A stretch of 64,000 nucleotides of DNA from Longimicrobiales bacterium (GCA_963422615.1 OY730414.1:2340302-2404301); one strand, 5' to 3'; positions 1 to 11,203 are shown, counted from the stretch's first letter. Made by a program: numbers and translations. The notes: generated from the sequence alone by a model not told the origin.

Positions 1-2029
1 GTGGAGGCGGTTCGGGAAACTCCCGGGTTGAGCAACACGGTTCTTCTCATCCTCGGGGCCCCGGGGGAGCCACCCCTTGCCGTTTTTCGATACACCCACA
101 GACAGCGGAGGGCCATGGAAAACCTTCGCTTCACCCTGGAAGAGCAGATCGAAGGGAGACAGGTGTCCCCCACCGATGCCGACTTCGAGTACGGCCGGAG
201 CATCGCCGCCCCGATCAGGGAAGCCCAGGCTCTGGTGGCCGGGACCCGGAGCCGCGTTCTGTGGCGACTTCTGGGGTATCTTCGCCCATACCGGAGGCGG
301 GTTGCTGGCCGGGTTCGCGGCAGCCGGTCTGATCACGGGGGTCAGCCTCGTGCCGCCCTATCTGGCCGGCTATCTGATCGACAAAATCGTGCGGCCGGTG
401 CAGGATGGCTCAATCCTGGCAGAAGAGGCCTTGGAGACCGCCTGGATGGCCGTCGCCGCCATGGCCTTGGTCTACCTGGTCCGGGAGGCGGCTGCCCACG
501 TCCGCCTGAAGCAGATGAGCGTGCTGGACGAGTTTGTCGCCAGGGATTTGCGAACCGAGCTGTACGAGCACCTTCAGGGTCTGAGCCTGAGTTTCTACGC
601 CCGGAAGAAAACCGGGGGCCTCATTACCCGGGTCAGCGCCGACACGGACCGGTTATGGGAATTTCTGGCGTTCGGGATCGTGGACGTTTCGCTGTCGGCG
701 GTGATGCTGGTGGGGCTCAGCGTCGTTCTGGTCAACCTGGACTGGCGTCTGGGCCTGGTCATGACCCTGCCGGTTCCGGTCCTCTGCTGGTCCATCTTCA
801 AGCATGGCGAACGCATGCACCGGCTCTTCGCCCGAGCCTGGCGGAAGTGGTCTGGACTGACCGATATCCTGTCGGACACGATTCCCGGAATGCGCGTCGT
901 CAAGGCGTTCAACCAGGAGGAGCGGGAGAAGAGGAGGTTTGGCAAGCGCAATAACGAAGCGATGGGAGAGTTCAACCGGATTCACCATACGTGGACCGTG
1001 TTCTGGCCCGCCCTCATGCTGGGCATCCACGGAATGACCATGGCGGTGTGGATTCTGGCCGTTCCGCGGCTTCTGGACCCGCCGGGAGCGCCAACGGCCC
1101 TGACCGCGGGGACATTCGTGTCTTTTCTGCTCTACGTGACCATGTTTGTTCAGCCCGTCGAAGTCATCGGCCAGATGGCGAGGGTCATGAACCGGGCGAC
1201 GAGCTCGGCCCACCGGGTGTTCGAAGTCCTGGACACCGAACCCGAGGTGCGGGACGCCAGCCGTCCCGTTCTTCTTGAGCCCGTTCAAGGAACCGTGGAG
1301 TTCGACTCCGTAACCTTCGGGTACGACGGGGTCCAGCAGGTTGTGAAGGATGTCTCCTTCTCGGTGAAGCCCGGCGAAATGATCGGACTGGTGGGCCCTT
1401 CGGGGGGCGGCAAGACCACCGTCACGAACCTGATCGCAAGGTTCTACGACGCCGTCGGAGGAAGGATACTCGTGGACGGGACGGATGTCCGGATGCTGGA
1501 CACGGGACACTACCGGAGGCAGATCGGAATCGTGCCCCAGGACCCGTACCTCTTCCATGGTTCGGTTCTGGACAACATCCGGTACGGCGCCCCGGAGGCA
1601 TCCTTGGAGGCGGTCGTCGCGGCGGCGCGGGCAGCCAACGCCCACGACTTCGTATGCCGCTTGGCCCTTGGGTACGATACGGTCGTCGGGGAGCGCGGCC
1701 AGACCCTTTCGGGCGGGGAGCGCCAGAGGGTTTCCATCGCCCGGGCAATCCTGCACGACCCCAGGATCCTGATTCTGGACGAAGCCACGTCGGCCGTCGA
1801 CACGGAGACGGAGCGGAAGATCCAGCAGGCCATTGGTCGACTGGTGTCGGGGAGGACGGTCTTCGCGATCGCCCACCGACTTTCCACCCTGGCCCGGGCG
1901 GACCGGATTTTCGTCATGAAGAGCGGACGTCTTGCGGAAGCCGGAACCCACGAGGAGTTACTGGCCCTGGAAAACGGCATCTACCGAAGGCTCTACGAGC
2001 TGCAGGGAGAGCTGCGGCCGACCGTCTGA
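1..2029 (+). CDS. ABC transporter ATP-binding/permease protein, 5'-partial, with a 1-nt frameshift near 299-301
   Basis: Frame 1 reads ...VLWRLLGYLRPYRRR, then the protein continues in the 77..2029 frame (LLAGFAAAGLITG...). TM domain, Walker A GPSGGGKTT, LSGGERQR and ILILDEATS are present. Followed by a DUF1854-like gene. Confidence 0.85.
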
Positions 2030-2095
2030 AACCCGTCAAGTGTACTCTCATCACCTACCGTCAACCCGCTTGCAAAAGGAGAGGAGTAACCCCAG

Positions 2096-2623
2096 ATGAC
2101 CCGCCCAGAAATCGAAGACCGAAAAGCCGGGGCCGGGAATGCCCATTCAAGAGACCGCGACCGGCGGGGTGTGGCGTTGTGGCGGGAGCGGGACGGGCAG
2201 CTCTGGGCGGCTCGCGGGGACCGGCGCACGCCAGTTCGAGTACACAGGTGTTTCCCCTGGTCGGACCCCGAGCGGCACATATCCCTGCGAGACCATAACG
2301 AAGACGAGTTCGCCTACGTCGAGGAAATCAACGTGCTGAACGAATCCTCCCGGGCGGCCCTTCGAGAAGCCCTGGCGATCGCCGGGTTCCTCTTCGAGGT
2401 TACGGCCGTAACGGAGGTTTCGGAGGAGATTGAGATACGCCACTGGGTCGTCGAAACGCGTCAGGGCTCTCGGCGGTTTCAGACGAAGCTGGAGGACTGG
2501 CCGGTTACCGTCCCCGGCGGTGGCCTGCTGGTCCGGGACGTGGGAGGAGACCTCTATTCCGTACCCGATCCCGAGGCCCTGGACCGGACGAGCCGGGACT
2601 GGCTCTGGGCCTACGCCGTATGA
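2096..2623 (+). CDS. DUF1854 domain-containing protein
   Basis: RCFPWSDPERHISLRD...HWVVETRQGSRRF pattern; GGAGAGGAG RBS; typical position after this ABC transporter type. Confidence 0.75.
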   Translation: MTRPEIEDRKAGAGNAHSRDRDRRGVALWRERDGQLWAARGDRRTPVRVHRCFPWSDPERHISLRDHNEDEFAYVEEINVLNESSRAALREALAIAGFLFEVTAVTEVSEEIEIRHWVVETRQGSRRFQTKLEDWPVTVPGGGLLVRDVGGDLYSVPDPEALDRTSRDWLWAYAV

Positions 2624-2677
2624 AAGCCGTATCGATAAGGAAGGAGCCGATGGTTGGACGCCGAGTGGGTTTCCGCT

Positions 2678-3661
2678 CTACTCCCCCTCCGCCGGGCACA
2701 CGGCCCGGTCCAGTCCGGCGGGTTGTCTCCAAACCGCTTCCCGGGTGAGATAGAGGACCCCCGAAGGGCCGACATCGAGCGCTTCGCCGCCAAAGCCGGC
2801 GTGCCCGATGAAGCACGGGGGCCGGGTCTCTACCCAGCCCAGGCCCTCCCGCCGGAAGAAGAAGGCCTCCCCGTAGGATCGGACAATGAGCTCGCCCCCC
2901 TTGGTGAAAGCCGCCGCCGTCAACCCTCCACTTCCGCGGACCGGCCGAATGGGAAGGGTCGCCGCGTGTTTCAGGACAAAGCGTCCCCCTTCAACGCGTC
3001 CCCCTTCGGGTGGGCCGAAAACGTCGTCGGCGTCTGCCCGGTAGAGTCGCAGACCCTCCGGTACGTTCTTCTCCACCACGACGATCTCCCCGCCCTCGTC
3101 AACCGCGATCGCCTCGGCATCCCTAGGTCCGTCCTCGTAGGACATGGCAACCGATGACCAGTCCACCTCTGTCACGACTACAACATCCGGATCCAACCGG
3201 GGCTCCTCGACAACCAGTAGGGCGAGGGACGACCGGATGCCAAGGTTGTCCCCGATGTCGGCCACGTAGAGGCAGGGCTTGGCCTCGTTTCGGGGGCACG
3301 GACCCAGGCTCAAATCCTCCCAGTCGGATGCGGGCGCACCCTTGAGCCGAAGTTCGGCGACGATGCCCAGCCCCAGCCGGAGGCCGTACACGACCGGATC
3401 ATGGCCGGAGTCGTTGTGGGTCCAGAAGAGACCCGGATTCTGGACGCTGACGGCAAGACCCGAGGTCTCCCGGATCTTGTGGGGAAGCTCCATGAGCACG
3501 CGGACATCGGCGCGGTCTGCGGGAATGCTCCCCTGAACCAGTTCGTGCCAGTTCCTCATCTTTTGGCGACGGGCCGACCACCAGAAAACGGATCCTCCCC
3601 CAATCAGCAACAGGGTGACGACCCCCAGAGCGATGGCAAGGGTTTTGGGGGTGAATCTCAC
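2678..3661 (-). CDS. Membrane-anchored hypothetical protein (beta-propeller/esterase-like, ETSGL...WTHNDSG...DWED motifs)
   Basis: GTG start overlaps the ltaE stop (GTGA); N-terminal TM helix; motifs [34 protein letters not shown]. Confidence 0.7.
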   Translation of the reverse strand: MRFTPKTLAIALGVVTLLLIGGGSVFWWSARRQKMRNWHELVQGSIPADRADVRVLMELPHKIRETSGLAVSVQNPGLFWTHNDSGHDPVVYGLRLGLGIVAELRLKGAPASDWEDLSLGPCPRNEAKPCLYVADIGDNLGIRSSLALLVVEEPRLDPDVVVVTEVDWSSVAMSYEDGPRDAEAIAVDEGGEIVVVEKNVPEGLRLYRADADDVFGPPEGGRVEGGRFVLKHAATLPIRPVRGSGGLTAAAFTKGGELIVRSYGEAFFFRREGLGWVETRPPCFIGHAGFGGEALDVGPSGVLYLTREAVWRQPAGLDRAVCPAEGE

Positions 3662-4725
3662 GCGCCGACCCGACCCAACGAAGACGGACGCCCCGCCCCC
3701 AACACCCGGCGAAGGATCTCCCCCGCGCGCTCCACGTCTTCCATGGAGACGTCGCGATGGGTCACGGCCCGCACGTGATTGTCTCCGGCAACCAGCATGG
3801 CCACGCCCTGTTTGCAACAGGAATCCACGAACTCCGCGGCCCCACCCGGAACCCCGAAGCGGAGGATGTTCGTCTCCACATCCTCGAGCACCAGCTCCAC
3901 GCCCGGAAGCGACAACAGAACCCTGGCCAGAAGTCTCGCCTTTTCGTGGTCAAGAACCAATTCCACCCGGTGGTTCTCCAACGCATGAAGCGCTCCGGCG
4001 GCGACGATTCCGGCCTGGCGAAACCCGCCCCCGAAGAGCTGCTTGAAGCGCCGAGCCCGCTTGATGAAGCGGGCGGAACCAGTCAGGGCCGACCCCATCG
4101 GTGCCCCCAACCCCTTGGAAAAACATACGGATACGGTATCGAAGGAGCGGGCGTACCGGCGCTCCTGAATCCCCGTGGCGGCCGCGGCGTTCCAGAGCCG
4201 GGCCCCGTCCAGGTGGCACCGAAGACCGGCGGAACGGGCAGTGGCGGTCACCTCTTCCAGCACAGACAAGGGCCATATGCTCCCCCCACCGCCGTTGTGC
4301 GTGTTCTCCACGCACAGAAGCGTCGCCGGAGGAGTGAGGGTGCTGGGCGAACCGGCGTGGGGCGTCCCTAGCGCAGCCCGCACCTGGCCGGCAGCGAAGA
4401 TCCCCCGCTCCCCGGCGATCCGCTGGGCGGTCACGCCGGACAGGGCCGCCGGAGCGCCTCCTTCGGAGCGCACGACATGAGCCTGGGCGTCCATCAGCAC
4501 GCGGTCCCCGGATTGGGTGTGAGCCCGGATGGCCACCTGATTGGCCATGGAACCGGTCGGTACGTAAACGGCGGCTTCCTTCCCCAGCAGTTCGGCTGTC
4601 CGTTCTTCAAGACGCCTCACGGTGGGGTCGTCTCCGTACACATCGTCTCCGACGGCCGCCGTGGCCATCGCCTCCCGCATGGCCGGGCCGGGCCGGGTAA
4701 CCGTGTCGCTCCGGAGGTCAATCAT
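3658..4725 (-). CDS. ltaE: Low-specificity L-threonine aldolase
   Basis: [38 protein letters not shown] and CFSKGLGAP (PLP lysine). Confidence 0.93.
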   Translation of the reverse strand: MIDLRSDTVTRPGPAMREAMATAAVGDDVYGDDPTVRRLEERTAELLGKEAAVYVPTGSMANQVAIRAHTQSGDRVLMDAQAHVVRSEGGAPAALSGVTAQRIAGERGIFAAGQVRAALGTPHAGSPSTLTPPATLLCVENTHNGGGGSIWPLSVLEEVTATARSAGLRCHLDGARLWNAAAATGIQERRYARSFDTVSVCFSKGLGAPMGSALTGSARFIKRARRFKQLFGGGFRQAGIVAAGALHALENHRVELVLDHEKARLLARVLLSLPGVELVLEDVETNILRFGVPGGAAEFVDSCCKQGVAMLVAGDNHVRAVTHRDVSMEDVERAGEILRRVLGAGRPSSLGRVGA

Positions 4726-4796
4726 GTCCTAACGCTACCCCCGGCCCCAACATAGAATCAAGACGTCGGGGAACCGCAGATCAACCATGCGGCAGA

Positions 4797-5633
4797 TCAC
4801 TCCAACCGAAACACCCCGTTGAGCTTCGTGCGAAACACCCGTCGGTATCCCAGGGCGAGGATCTCTCCCTCAAGGTCCCGGGAAGCATGCCTGAGTTCGA
4901 CAATCAGGATTCGGGGCCAGCCGCTCCGCGGGGTCCCGGAGAAGAACGGCCGGAGCACATCCCCCTCATGGCCTTCGACGTCGATCTTCACGCAGTCGAT
5001 CCGGTCCAGCCCTCCTTCCCTCACCACATCGGCCAGGGTTATGGCTCGCACTGAAAGAGTCTCCCCCACCGGAACTTCACCCCGAGCCAATCGGTTCCGC
5101 CCGGAGTTGTCGGGATTCACAATCAGCTTCCCCATCCCCCTCCCCCTCCCGACCGCGGCCTCCACGATCCGAATGCGGTCTTCCGCGTCGTTGATCCGCA
5201 CGTTGAACCGTAGCTGCCGGGCAAGGGCCGGGTCGGGCTCGACTGCAACCACCTGACCTGGCCCGTCCATCCGCGACGCAACCCAGAAAGAATAGGCGCC
5301 CACGTTCGCGCCCACATCCACGAAAGTGAAGCCCGGAGTCATCCACTTTCCGAGGAACCTGCGTTCGGCGCGGTCCCAGGACCGGGGCAGAAAGAGAATT
5401 CTCCCCTCCGAAACCGAGCGGCGGGGGAAGAGGCGGAGCCGGTGTCCCCACAGAAGGGTATCCACCGGCCCGTCGCCCAAGCCGTATCGGGCGAAGCGGC
5501 GGGACAAAAGGGCGAAGCGGCTCCAGGGCCATCCCCCGGGAAACGCGCGGGAGATTTTCAGCCAAAGCCCTCCCCAGCCCCGGGGACGATAGATTCCCCA
5601 TGGGCCTTCGTCGCTGAAGCAGTCTTCGGTCAT
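4797..5633 (-). CDS. FkbM family methyltransferase
   Basis: FVDVGANVGAYS, VVAVEP and KIDVEGHE motifs. Confidence 0.9.
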   Translation of the reverse strand: MTEDCFSDEGPWGIYRPRGWGGLWLKISRAFPGGWPWSRFALLSRRFARYGLGDGPVDTLLWGHRLRLFPRRSVSEGRILFLPRSWDRAERRFLGKWMTPGFTFVDVGANVGAYSFWVASRMDGPGQVVAVEPDPALARQLRFNVRINDAEDRIRIVEAAVGRGRGMGKLIVNPDNSGRNRLARGEVPVGETLSVRAITLADVVREGGLDRIDCVKIDVEGHEGDVLRPFFSGTPRSGWPRILIVELRHASRDLEGEILALGYRRVFRTKLNGVFRLE

Positions 5634-5722
5634 GCTGATTCCGGATGCCCCTGGGTGTACCTACGCTTCCACTTCTGGGCCGAAGATATCGTAGCGCCGA
5701 CCCGCCGGACGGAGACAGCTCT

Positions 5723-7039
5723 ATGAAGAGCCACACCATCGCGCGCTTTTGGTCTCCGCTGGCGGCTACCTGGATCATGATGGCCCTGGAAGGACCCATC
5801 CTCGCCGCGACCATCGCCCGCCTCCCGGACCCCAAGATCAACCTGGCGGCCCACGGGGTCGCCTTCGCCATCGCCATCCTCATCGAGGCGCCGGTCATGA
5901 TGATCATGAGCGCCGCCACCGCCCTCGTGCGGAACCGGGACAGCTACCGACGCCTCCGCCTCTTCGCCCACGGCCTGAACGCCTTCGCGACGGCCCTCCT
6001 CTGCATCCTCCTTGTGCCGACTGTATTCCGGGCGACGGCCCTCGACCTTCTGAACCTGCCCCGGCCCGTCGCCGACCTGACGTACGGAGCCCTCTGGATC
6101 TTTCTGCCGTGGCCCACCGCAATCGGATACCGGCGGTTCCTCCACGGCGTGATGATCCGGGCCGGAAAGACCCGTCAAGTGGCGGCCGGAACCCTGCTGC
6201 GCCTGGGGGCGATGGGGGGCACGGCTCTGGTCCTCGGCAGATTCTTCGACATTCCGGGCGCCTGGGTCGGGGCGGCGAGTCTGACCGCGGGCGTCAGCGC
6301 GGAGGCCATAGCCGCTCGGTGCATGGCAGCCGAAACCATTCGCCGGACGCTGGCCACGGAAGGGACCGGGCCGAGCGGAGCGTCTTCCCTGACCTACTCC
6401 GGGATTCTCGCCTTCTACTACCCCCTCGCCCTCACCTCCCTGATCGGTCTGGCCGCCCACCCCATGCTCACCTTCTTTATGGGGAGGGGCCGGGCCCCCC
6501 TGGAATCCCTGGCCGTCTTTCCCGTGGTCCACGCGCTTTCGTTCCTGTTCCGGGCCCCGGGGCTGAGCTACCAGGAGGCCGTCATCGCGCTGGTGGGCAA
6601 GGACCCCGACAACAGTCCCGCCGTCAGCCGCTTCGGGACGGGACTGGGGCTGGCCTCTTCTCTGGGAATGGCCCTGTTCGCCTTCACCCCTCTCTTCGGG
6701 GTCTGGTTCGAAACCGTGTCGGGGCTGACCCCCGAGCTGGCCGGTTACGCTAGAGTCCCCGCCATGATTCTCGTCCCCCTGCCCGCCCTTGCGGTCCGGC
6801 TGTCGTACCAGCGAGCGATGCTGGTTCTGGGGCGCCGAACCAAGCCCATTACCGGGGCCACTTCCCTGGAAGTCGCAGGCATCGCGGTCATCTTCGCCGT
6901 CGTCGGGTGGGGTCTGGACCTGGTCGGCATCACCGCCGCGGTTCTTGCGTTTCTGGGCGGTCGGATGCTTTCGATCCTGTATCTGCACCACGCATCCCGG
7001 GGTGTCTCCCCCCGGGAGGGCCCAGCAGACGCCGAATGA
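5723..7039 (+). CDS. MATE-like (MOP superfamily) multi-pass membrane exporter
   Basis: About 12 hydrophobic helices in two repeated halves (FWSPLAATW / FYYPLALTS); ATG at 5723 after GGAG. Confidence 0.75.
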   Translation: MKSHTIARFWSPLAATWIMMALEGPILAATIARLPDPKINLAAHGVAFAIAILIEAPVMMIMSAATALVRNRDSYRRLRLFAHGLNAFATALLCILLVPTVFRATALDLLNLPRPVADLTYGALWIFLPWPTAIGYRRFLHGVMIRAGKTRQVAAGTLLRLGAMGGTALVLGRFFDIPGAWVGAASLTAGVSAEAIAARCMAAETIRRTLATEGTGPSGASSLTYSGILAFYYPLALTSLIGLAAHPMLTFFMGRGRAPLESLAVFPVVHALSFLFRAPGLSYQEAVIALVGKDPDNSPAVSRFGTGLGLASSLGMALFAFTPLFGVWFETVSGLTPELAGYARVPAMILVPLPALAVRLSYQRAMLVLGRRTKPITGATSLEVAGIAVIFAVVGWGLDLVGITAAVLAFLGGRMLSILYLHHASRGVSPREGPADAE

Positions 7040-7544
7040 AGGCTTCCACTTCCGCAACCCGGCATGTGGCGGCGACTTCTCCGGGGAGGCTCAAGGCCCG
7101 ATCTGGTTCTCCAAAGAGAATCAGGGGCCGACCGTAACGGACAGCCAGTTCCACTTCGGAGGCCGTGCCCGCACCCCCGGGAAGGGCCACCACAACATCC
7201 GACGAAAGCACGTTTACGTGATTCCTGGAAGCGGGAGAAGCCCCCTGCACTCCCTTGGCCGCCAGATGGGTGCGAACGAGGATTTCGACCCAGGGATTGG
7301 GATAGCCCGGAGGAGGCTCTCCACCGCCGAGTCCCCCGGAGGCCGGCACCACCCCGATAACCAAGCCGACCCGGCTCCCGACCTGGGCGAATGCCTTCGA
7401 CACCGAAGCCATGACCCCGCCGCCACCACCCGTCAGTAGGTGGACGCCCAGCCGGGCGAGACCTCTGCCCAGGGGCAGAGCGAGTTCCTCGTGGGCCCGG
7501 GCGCCGGAGCCCATGACCCCGACCACGGGAAGCCGGCGCTCCAA
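6930..7544 (-). CDS. LOG/SLOG family protein (molybdenum cofactor carrier-like)
   Basis: VVGVMGSG, LLTGGGGGVM, RNHVNVLSSDVVVALPGGAGTASE; 3' tail overlaps the MATE gene by 110 nt. Confidence 0.85.
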   Translation of the reverse strand: MERRLPVVGVMGSGARAHEELALPLGRGLARLGVHLLTGGGGGVMASVSKAFAQVGSRVGLVIGVVPASGGLGGGEPPPGYPNPWVEILVRTHLAAKGVQGASPASRNHVNVLSSDVVVALPGGAGTASEVELAVRYGRPLILFGEPDRALSLPGEVAATCRVAEVEAFIRRLLGPPGGRHPGMRGADTGSKASDRPETQEPRR

Positions 7545-7564
7545 AGCCGGGCAGGCCTCCGAAC

Positions 7565-8170
7565 CTACGCTCTGACGGACAGCAGCTCGATTTCGAAGAT
7601 CAGGACTTGGTCGGGACCGATACCGGGAGCCATTCCCCTGGAGCCGTAGGCCAGATCGGAGGGAATGAACACGCGGAGGTGGCCTCCTGGCTTCATGAGC
7701 TTGAGTGCTTCCGCAAAGCCGGAGATGAGTTGGTCGATGCCGAAATCGGCGGGTGGCCCGCCGTAGGAAGCGTCGAATTCGGTTCCGTCCGGGAAGATGC
7801 CCAGGTAGTGCACAATCACGCTCTGTCCAGATTCGGGAGACAGGCCCTCCCCCTCCCGCAGCACCTGGTACTGGAGCCCCGATTCCATGGTGATCACGCC
7901 CTCCATTGCCCCCGTGGCGGCCAGAAACGCCTCCCCATCGACCCCGGGCGGAATTCCGTCAATGCCCAGCCGCTGGCGGTTTTGCTCATTCACCGATGGT
8001 TGGGACCCTTGCTGTTCATCCGCAGCCGGTTGGGACTCCTGAGGGGGTGGGACGTCTCCCCGGCAGGAGATCAGGACCAGGAGGGGAAACAGGACAAAAG
8101 CGCGACAGGGAGCTCCGGCAGACACCGTGACCTCATCATCTCTTGCAGGGACCAAGGACGGTTCGCTCAA
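7565..8170 (-). CDS. FKBP-type peptidyl-prolyl cis-trans isomerase (probable lipoprotein)
   Basis: SGLQYQVLREG, VHYLG...GTEFDAS, FIPSDLAYG, LIFEIELL; lipobox-like LISC; exact start uncertain. Confidence 0.92.
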   Translation of the reverse strand: MSEPSLVPARDDEVTVSAGAPCRAFVLFPLLVLISCRGDVPPPQESQPAADEQQGSQPSVNEQNRQRLGIDGIPPGVDGEAFLAATGAMEGVITMESGLQYQVLREGEGLSPESGQSVIVHYLGIFPDGTEFDASYGGPPADFGIDQLISGFAEALKLMKPGGHLRVFIPSDLAYGSRGMAPGIGPDQVLIFEIELLSVRA

Positions 8171-8179
8171 TGATCCACG

Positions 8180-9664
8180 TTAACGGAATTGCGTTTCCGA
8201 CGTAGCGGGTTCGGGCGCAATGGCCTCCGCCTCAATCTCGACCCGGTAGTCGGTGCCCACAAGCTCCGCCCGGATGAGCGTGTTGGCCGGCGAGATGTCC
8301 GCAAACCGGCTTCCGTGGGCGCGGACCACGGCCTCCCAGTCCGCATCCGGACGAACGTAAACCCGGGTTCGCACCACATCCGCCAGACCCGCGCCCAAAG
8401 ACTGGAGGGCCCCCTCAAGCTTGTCAATGATGAAGTGAGTCTGGGCCGCGGCATCCCGCCCTCCGATCAACCGGCGTCCGTGGGTCGCCGTGGTGCCGGA
8501 GACGAGGATCCGGTTCCCCCTCCGCACCGCGCGACTGAACCCCCCCAGTTCCTCCCAGACCGTGCCTGTGGAAACGTGCTGGCCCACCCCCCTTTGCCTG
8601 ATCGGATACGGCGCCGGAATGTCTGTCACGTGGTGGCTCAAATCCCCCGACGCGGTCAGAAAGGGAGGACGTCGGTATTCGTCGCCGCAGTCGCCCGGGA
8701 TGGGATCCAGATCGGAGACAGCATCCGCCAGATCGCGGCGGGCCGCCTCGTCCAGGGAGAACCGGAACAGCTCCCGGTTGTCGCCGATATGGGACGGCTC
8801 CCCCGGCCTCGCCCCCAGGATGACCCCTGCGACCGCCGGCTGCTCGAGTACGTAGCGGCAAGCGATGTTGGCCGTGGACACGCCCAATCGCTGGGCAACG
8901 CGCCGGGCCCGTCGCAGCAAGCCCTGAAAACGGTCCCAACCTCCGGCCTGACGGATAAAGCGCAGGTACTTCATCTGGGACCACGTCAGCGATTCGTCGG
9001 GCGACGGCTCTTCCCGCCCGAGCCAGCGGTCACTGAGGAAGCCTCCGGCCAGGGTCCCGTAGGCCAGGAGCTTGACGCCGTGGGCCTGGCACGTACGGGT
9101 CATGGAACCGGCGGCTCGGCGGTCCAGGAGGGAGTAGCAGACCTGGTTGGACACCACGGGAACGCCGCTTCGAAAGGCCATGTCCAGATGAACGGCATCG
9201 CAGTTGGTCAGCCCCAGGTGGCGGATCCGGCCCGCGGCTTGATGCTCGGCAAGGAGAAAGAGACGGTCCAGCCAGCCGGGATCGGCGTAGTTCCAGGCGT
9301 GAAACTGGAACAGATCGATTCTGTCCGTGCCAAGACGCTCCCGGGCGCGCCGGACCGCCGCGGCAACCCCCCCGGGGGAAGCCGGACCTGGAGCGGGCAC
9401 CCACTTGGTCAGAAGCTCGACGCCGGAACGACGCTTCGCCAGCTTCCCCGCAATGAGCTCCGCCGAACCGTAGTGGTCCGCCACATCAAAGGAAGTGAAG
9501 CCGGCCATGACGTATGGCTCCAGCGCTCGGGCCGCCGCCCCCGGGTCCAGGAGCTTCCCGCCTCGCTCCTGGTCGGCAACCTGCCACAGCCCCGTAAGCA
9601 CCCGGGAAACCTCGAGTCCCTGCCCCAGGACAGCCCGCTCCACCCCACTCACGGCTTCCCTCAT
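8180..9664 (-). CDS. Aldo/keto reductase fused to a C-terminal RidA (YjgF/YER057c/UK114) domain
   Basis: AKR motifs GLWQ, FDVADHYG, IDLFQFH, LLAYGTLAGG; Rid motifs FSRAVR, VSGTT, VVRTRVYV, PANTL, VEIEAEA. Confidence 0.88.
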   Translation of the reverse strand: MREAVSGVERAVLGQGLEVSRVLTGLWQVADQERGGKLLDPGAAARALEPYVMAGFTSFDVADHYGSAELIAGKLAKRRSGVELLTKWVPAPGPASPGGVAAAVRRARERLGTDRIDLFQFHAWNYADPGWLDRLFLLAEHQAAGRIRHLGLTNCDAVHLDMAFRSGVPVVSNQVCYSLLDRRAAGSMTRTCQAHGVKLLAYGTLAGGFLSDRWLGREEPSPDESLTWSQMKYLRFIRQAGGWDRFQGLLRRARRVAQRLGVSTANIACRYVLEQPAVAGVILGARPGEPSHIGDNRELFRFSLDEAARRDLADAVSDLDPIPGDCGDEYRRPPFLTASGDLSHHVTDIPAPYPIRQRGVGQHVSTGTVWEELGGFSRAVRRGNRILVSGTTATHGRRLIGGRDAAAQTHFIIDKLEGALQSLGAGLADVVRTRVYVRPDADWEAVVRAHGSRFADISPANTLIRAELVGTDYRVEIEAEAIAPEPATSETQFR

Positions 9665-9667
9665 GTT

Positions 9668-11203
9668 TTACCCGGGAGGCAGGTTTCGGAAGAGGGAATC
9701 CGTATCGGCGCCGTGCTTCTTCAGAAGCGCCATCTTCCGGAAGAAGACGCCCGAGGCGAGGGCCATCACGGCGATCCAGACCAGGGTCGAGTGGAAGTAC
9801 CACGCCTTGACGGAGGCGGTCAAATCTTTGTGGACGTGAACGATCAGGAACACCCCCAGAAGGGCGACCCCCATCCCGCCAACGGCAAGTCGGCCTTTGC
9901 GTCCCGCCAGGACCTTCACCTCTGCCGCCTGCTTGGGGTTCCGGCGGGGGAGCGTCAAGAGAGACAGGCACATGAGAAGGAAATTTACCAGCATGGAGGT
10001 AATGAGGATGTCGATCCCCAGAAAGAAGTCACCCGCCAGGTGACTCCCGAGGACGCCCGCCGACGCCACAAGGGCGCTCCCCACAAGGGCGACGTGGGGG
10101 GTTCGCCGCCGGGGGTGAACCGCCGCGACCCGCCGGGGAAATATCCCGTCCTCCCCCCACGCGAACATGAGCCGCGAGACCGCCAGCAGCATTGCGGGAA
10201 GATCGTTGATCAGCGCTACGGCCATCCCGGCTACGATGGCCACCGTCCACCCCGTCGGCAGGAGGTACCCCAGCAGGCCGGGAGCCGTCAGGTCCCGGAT
10301 CCGGGCCTCCTGAGCGATGAAGCTCCAAGGAACCGCGTGATAAAGGGCACCCGTGAAGAGAAGGTAGAAAGCACCGACCGTAACAACGGCAATGCCGATG
10401 GCGAGGGGAAGGTTGCGGGCGGGGTGCTTGGCCTCTCCTCCGGCCTGGGCGATTGCGTCAAAGCCGATGAAGCTGGAAAACAGCAAGACCGAAGCCGCCA
10501 GGAAGGCGCCAATTCGGAAGGGTGACGGCGGCTCCGGGGGGACAGGACGCCCCTCGGTGGTCATGAGGGCCGCGGCGAAGTCGACGTGGTCGTGCGCGAA
10601 GCCGGCCACGATGACCACGCTGCCCAGGACGAACATGAGGAACATCATGGGCACCAGGCTTCGCTCGTAGGCCTTCAGCCCGCGCAGGTTGACCAGGACG
10701 AAGGTCCAGAGGAAGGCCAGCGCCAAGCCCACCCGGACGGGACCCGTTTCCAGGGCTTCCGCAATCCCCAGCCATCCGAGCGCGATAGCGATGTCCCGGA
10801 TAAAGGTGATGAGAATGTAGGAGACGACCCCGATGGCCACGGAGAGCCCGAACCACTGGGAGAAGCTTGCTGCGAACCCCCAGTAGGGACTGAGGGAGCG
10901 GCTGACGTAGACATAGCTCCCCCCGGCCCGGGGCATGGCCGAAGCCAGGCTCGCGTAGGCGAGGGCCGCAAGGACGGCCGGCAGTGCCGCAAAAAGGTAG
11001 GAAGCCAGCACGTAGGGCCCGATTCCGGGAACGTTCCGCTGCAACATGATCGGGACCACGTTGACTGCGGCCCCGAGCATGGCACAGATGCCCGTCGCGG
11101 AGAGCCCCAGAAGGCCAAGGCGCCGACTGAGCCTGGGGGTCGACTTCGGGGTCAACTTCACAATCCTGGCCGGGAGGAGGCTTGACGGAACCGGTGGGCG
11201 CAC
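9668..11203 (-). CDS. APC family amino acid permease
   Basis: ASAMPRAGGSYVY, FIGFDAIAQAGGEAKHP, SRLMFAW..DGIFP; about 12 TM helices. Confidence 0.9.
   Translation of the reverse strand: MRPPVPSSLLPARIVKLTPKSTPRLSRRLGLLGLSATGICAMLGAAVNVVPIMLQRNVPGIGPYVLASYLFAALPAVLAALAYASLASAMPRAGGSYVYVSRSLSPYWGFAASFSQWFGLSVAIGVVSYILITFIRDIAIALGWLGIAEALETGPVRVGLALAFLWTFVLVNLRGLKAYERSLVPMMFLMFVLGSVVIVAGFAHDHVDFAAALMTTEGRPVPPEPPSPFRIGAFLAASVLLFSSFIGFDAIAQAGGEAKHPARNLPLAIGIAVVTVGAFYLLFTGALYHAVPWSFIAQEARIRDLTAPGLLGYLLPTGWTVAIVAGMAVALINDLPAMLLAVSRLMFAWGEDGIFPRRVAAVHPRRRTPHVALVGSALVASAGVLGSHLAGDFFLGIDILITSMLVNFLLMCLSLLTLPRRNPKQAAEVKVLAGRKGRLAVGGMGVALLGVFLIVHVHKDLTASVKAWYFHSTLVWIAVMALASGVFFRKMALLKKHGADTDSLFRNLPPG

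Noticed and set aside
6930..7039. 110-nt convergent overlap of the MATE-like and LOG-like genes
   Set aside because: It mostly involves motif-free C-terminal tails, which is common in GC-rich genomes; no evidence of function.
8189..10525. Long + strand ORF (778 aa), and similar ones at 12344..14713, 45852..48290, 41747..43114 and 31810..33570
   Set aside because: They are antisense shadows of well-supported genes in high-GC DNA and carry no recognisable motifs.
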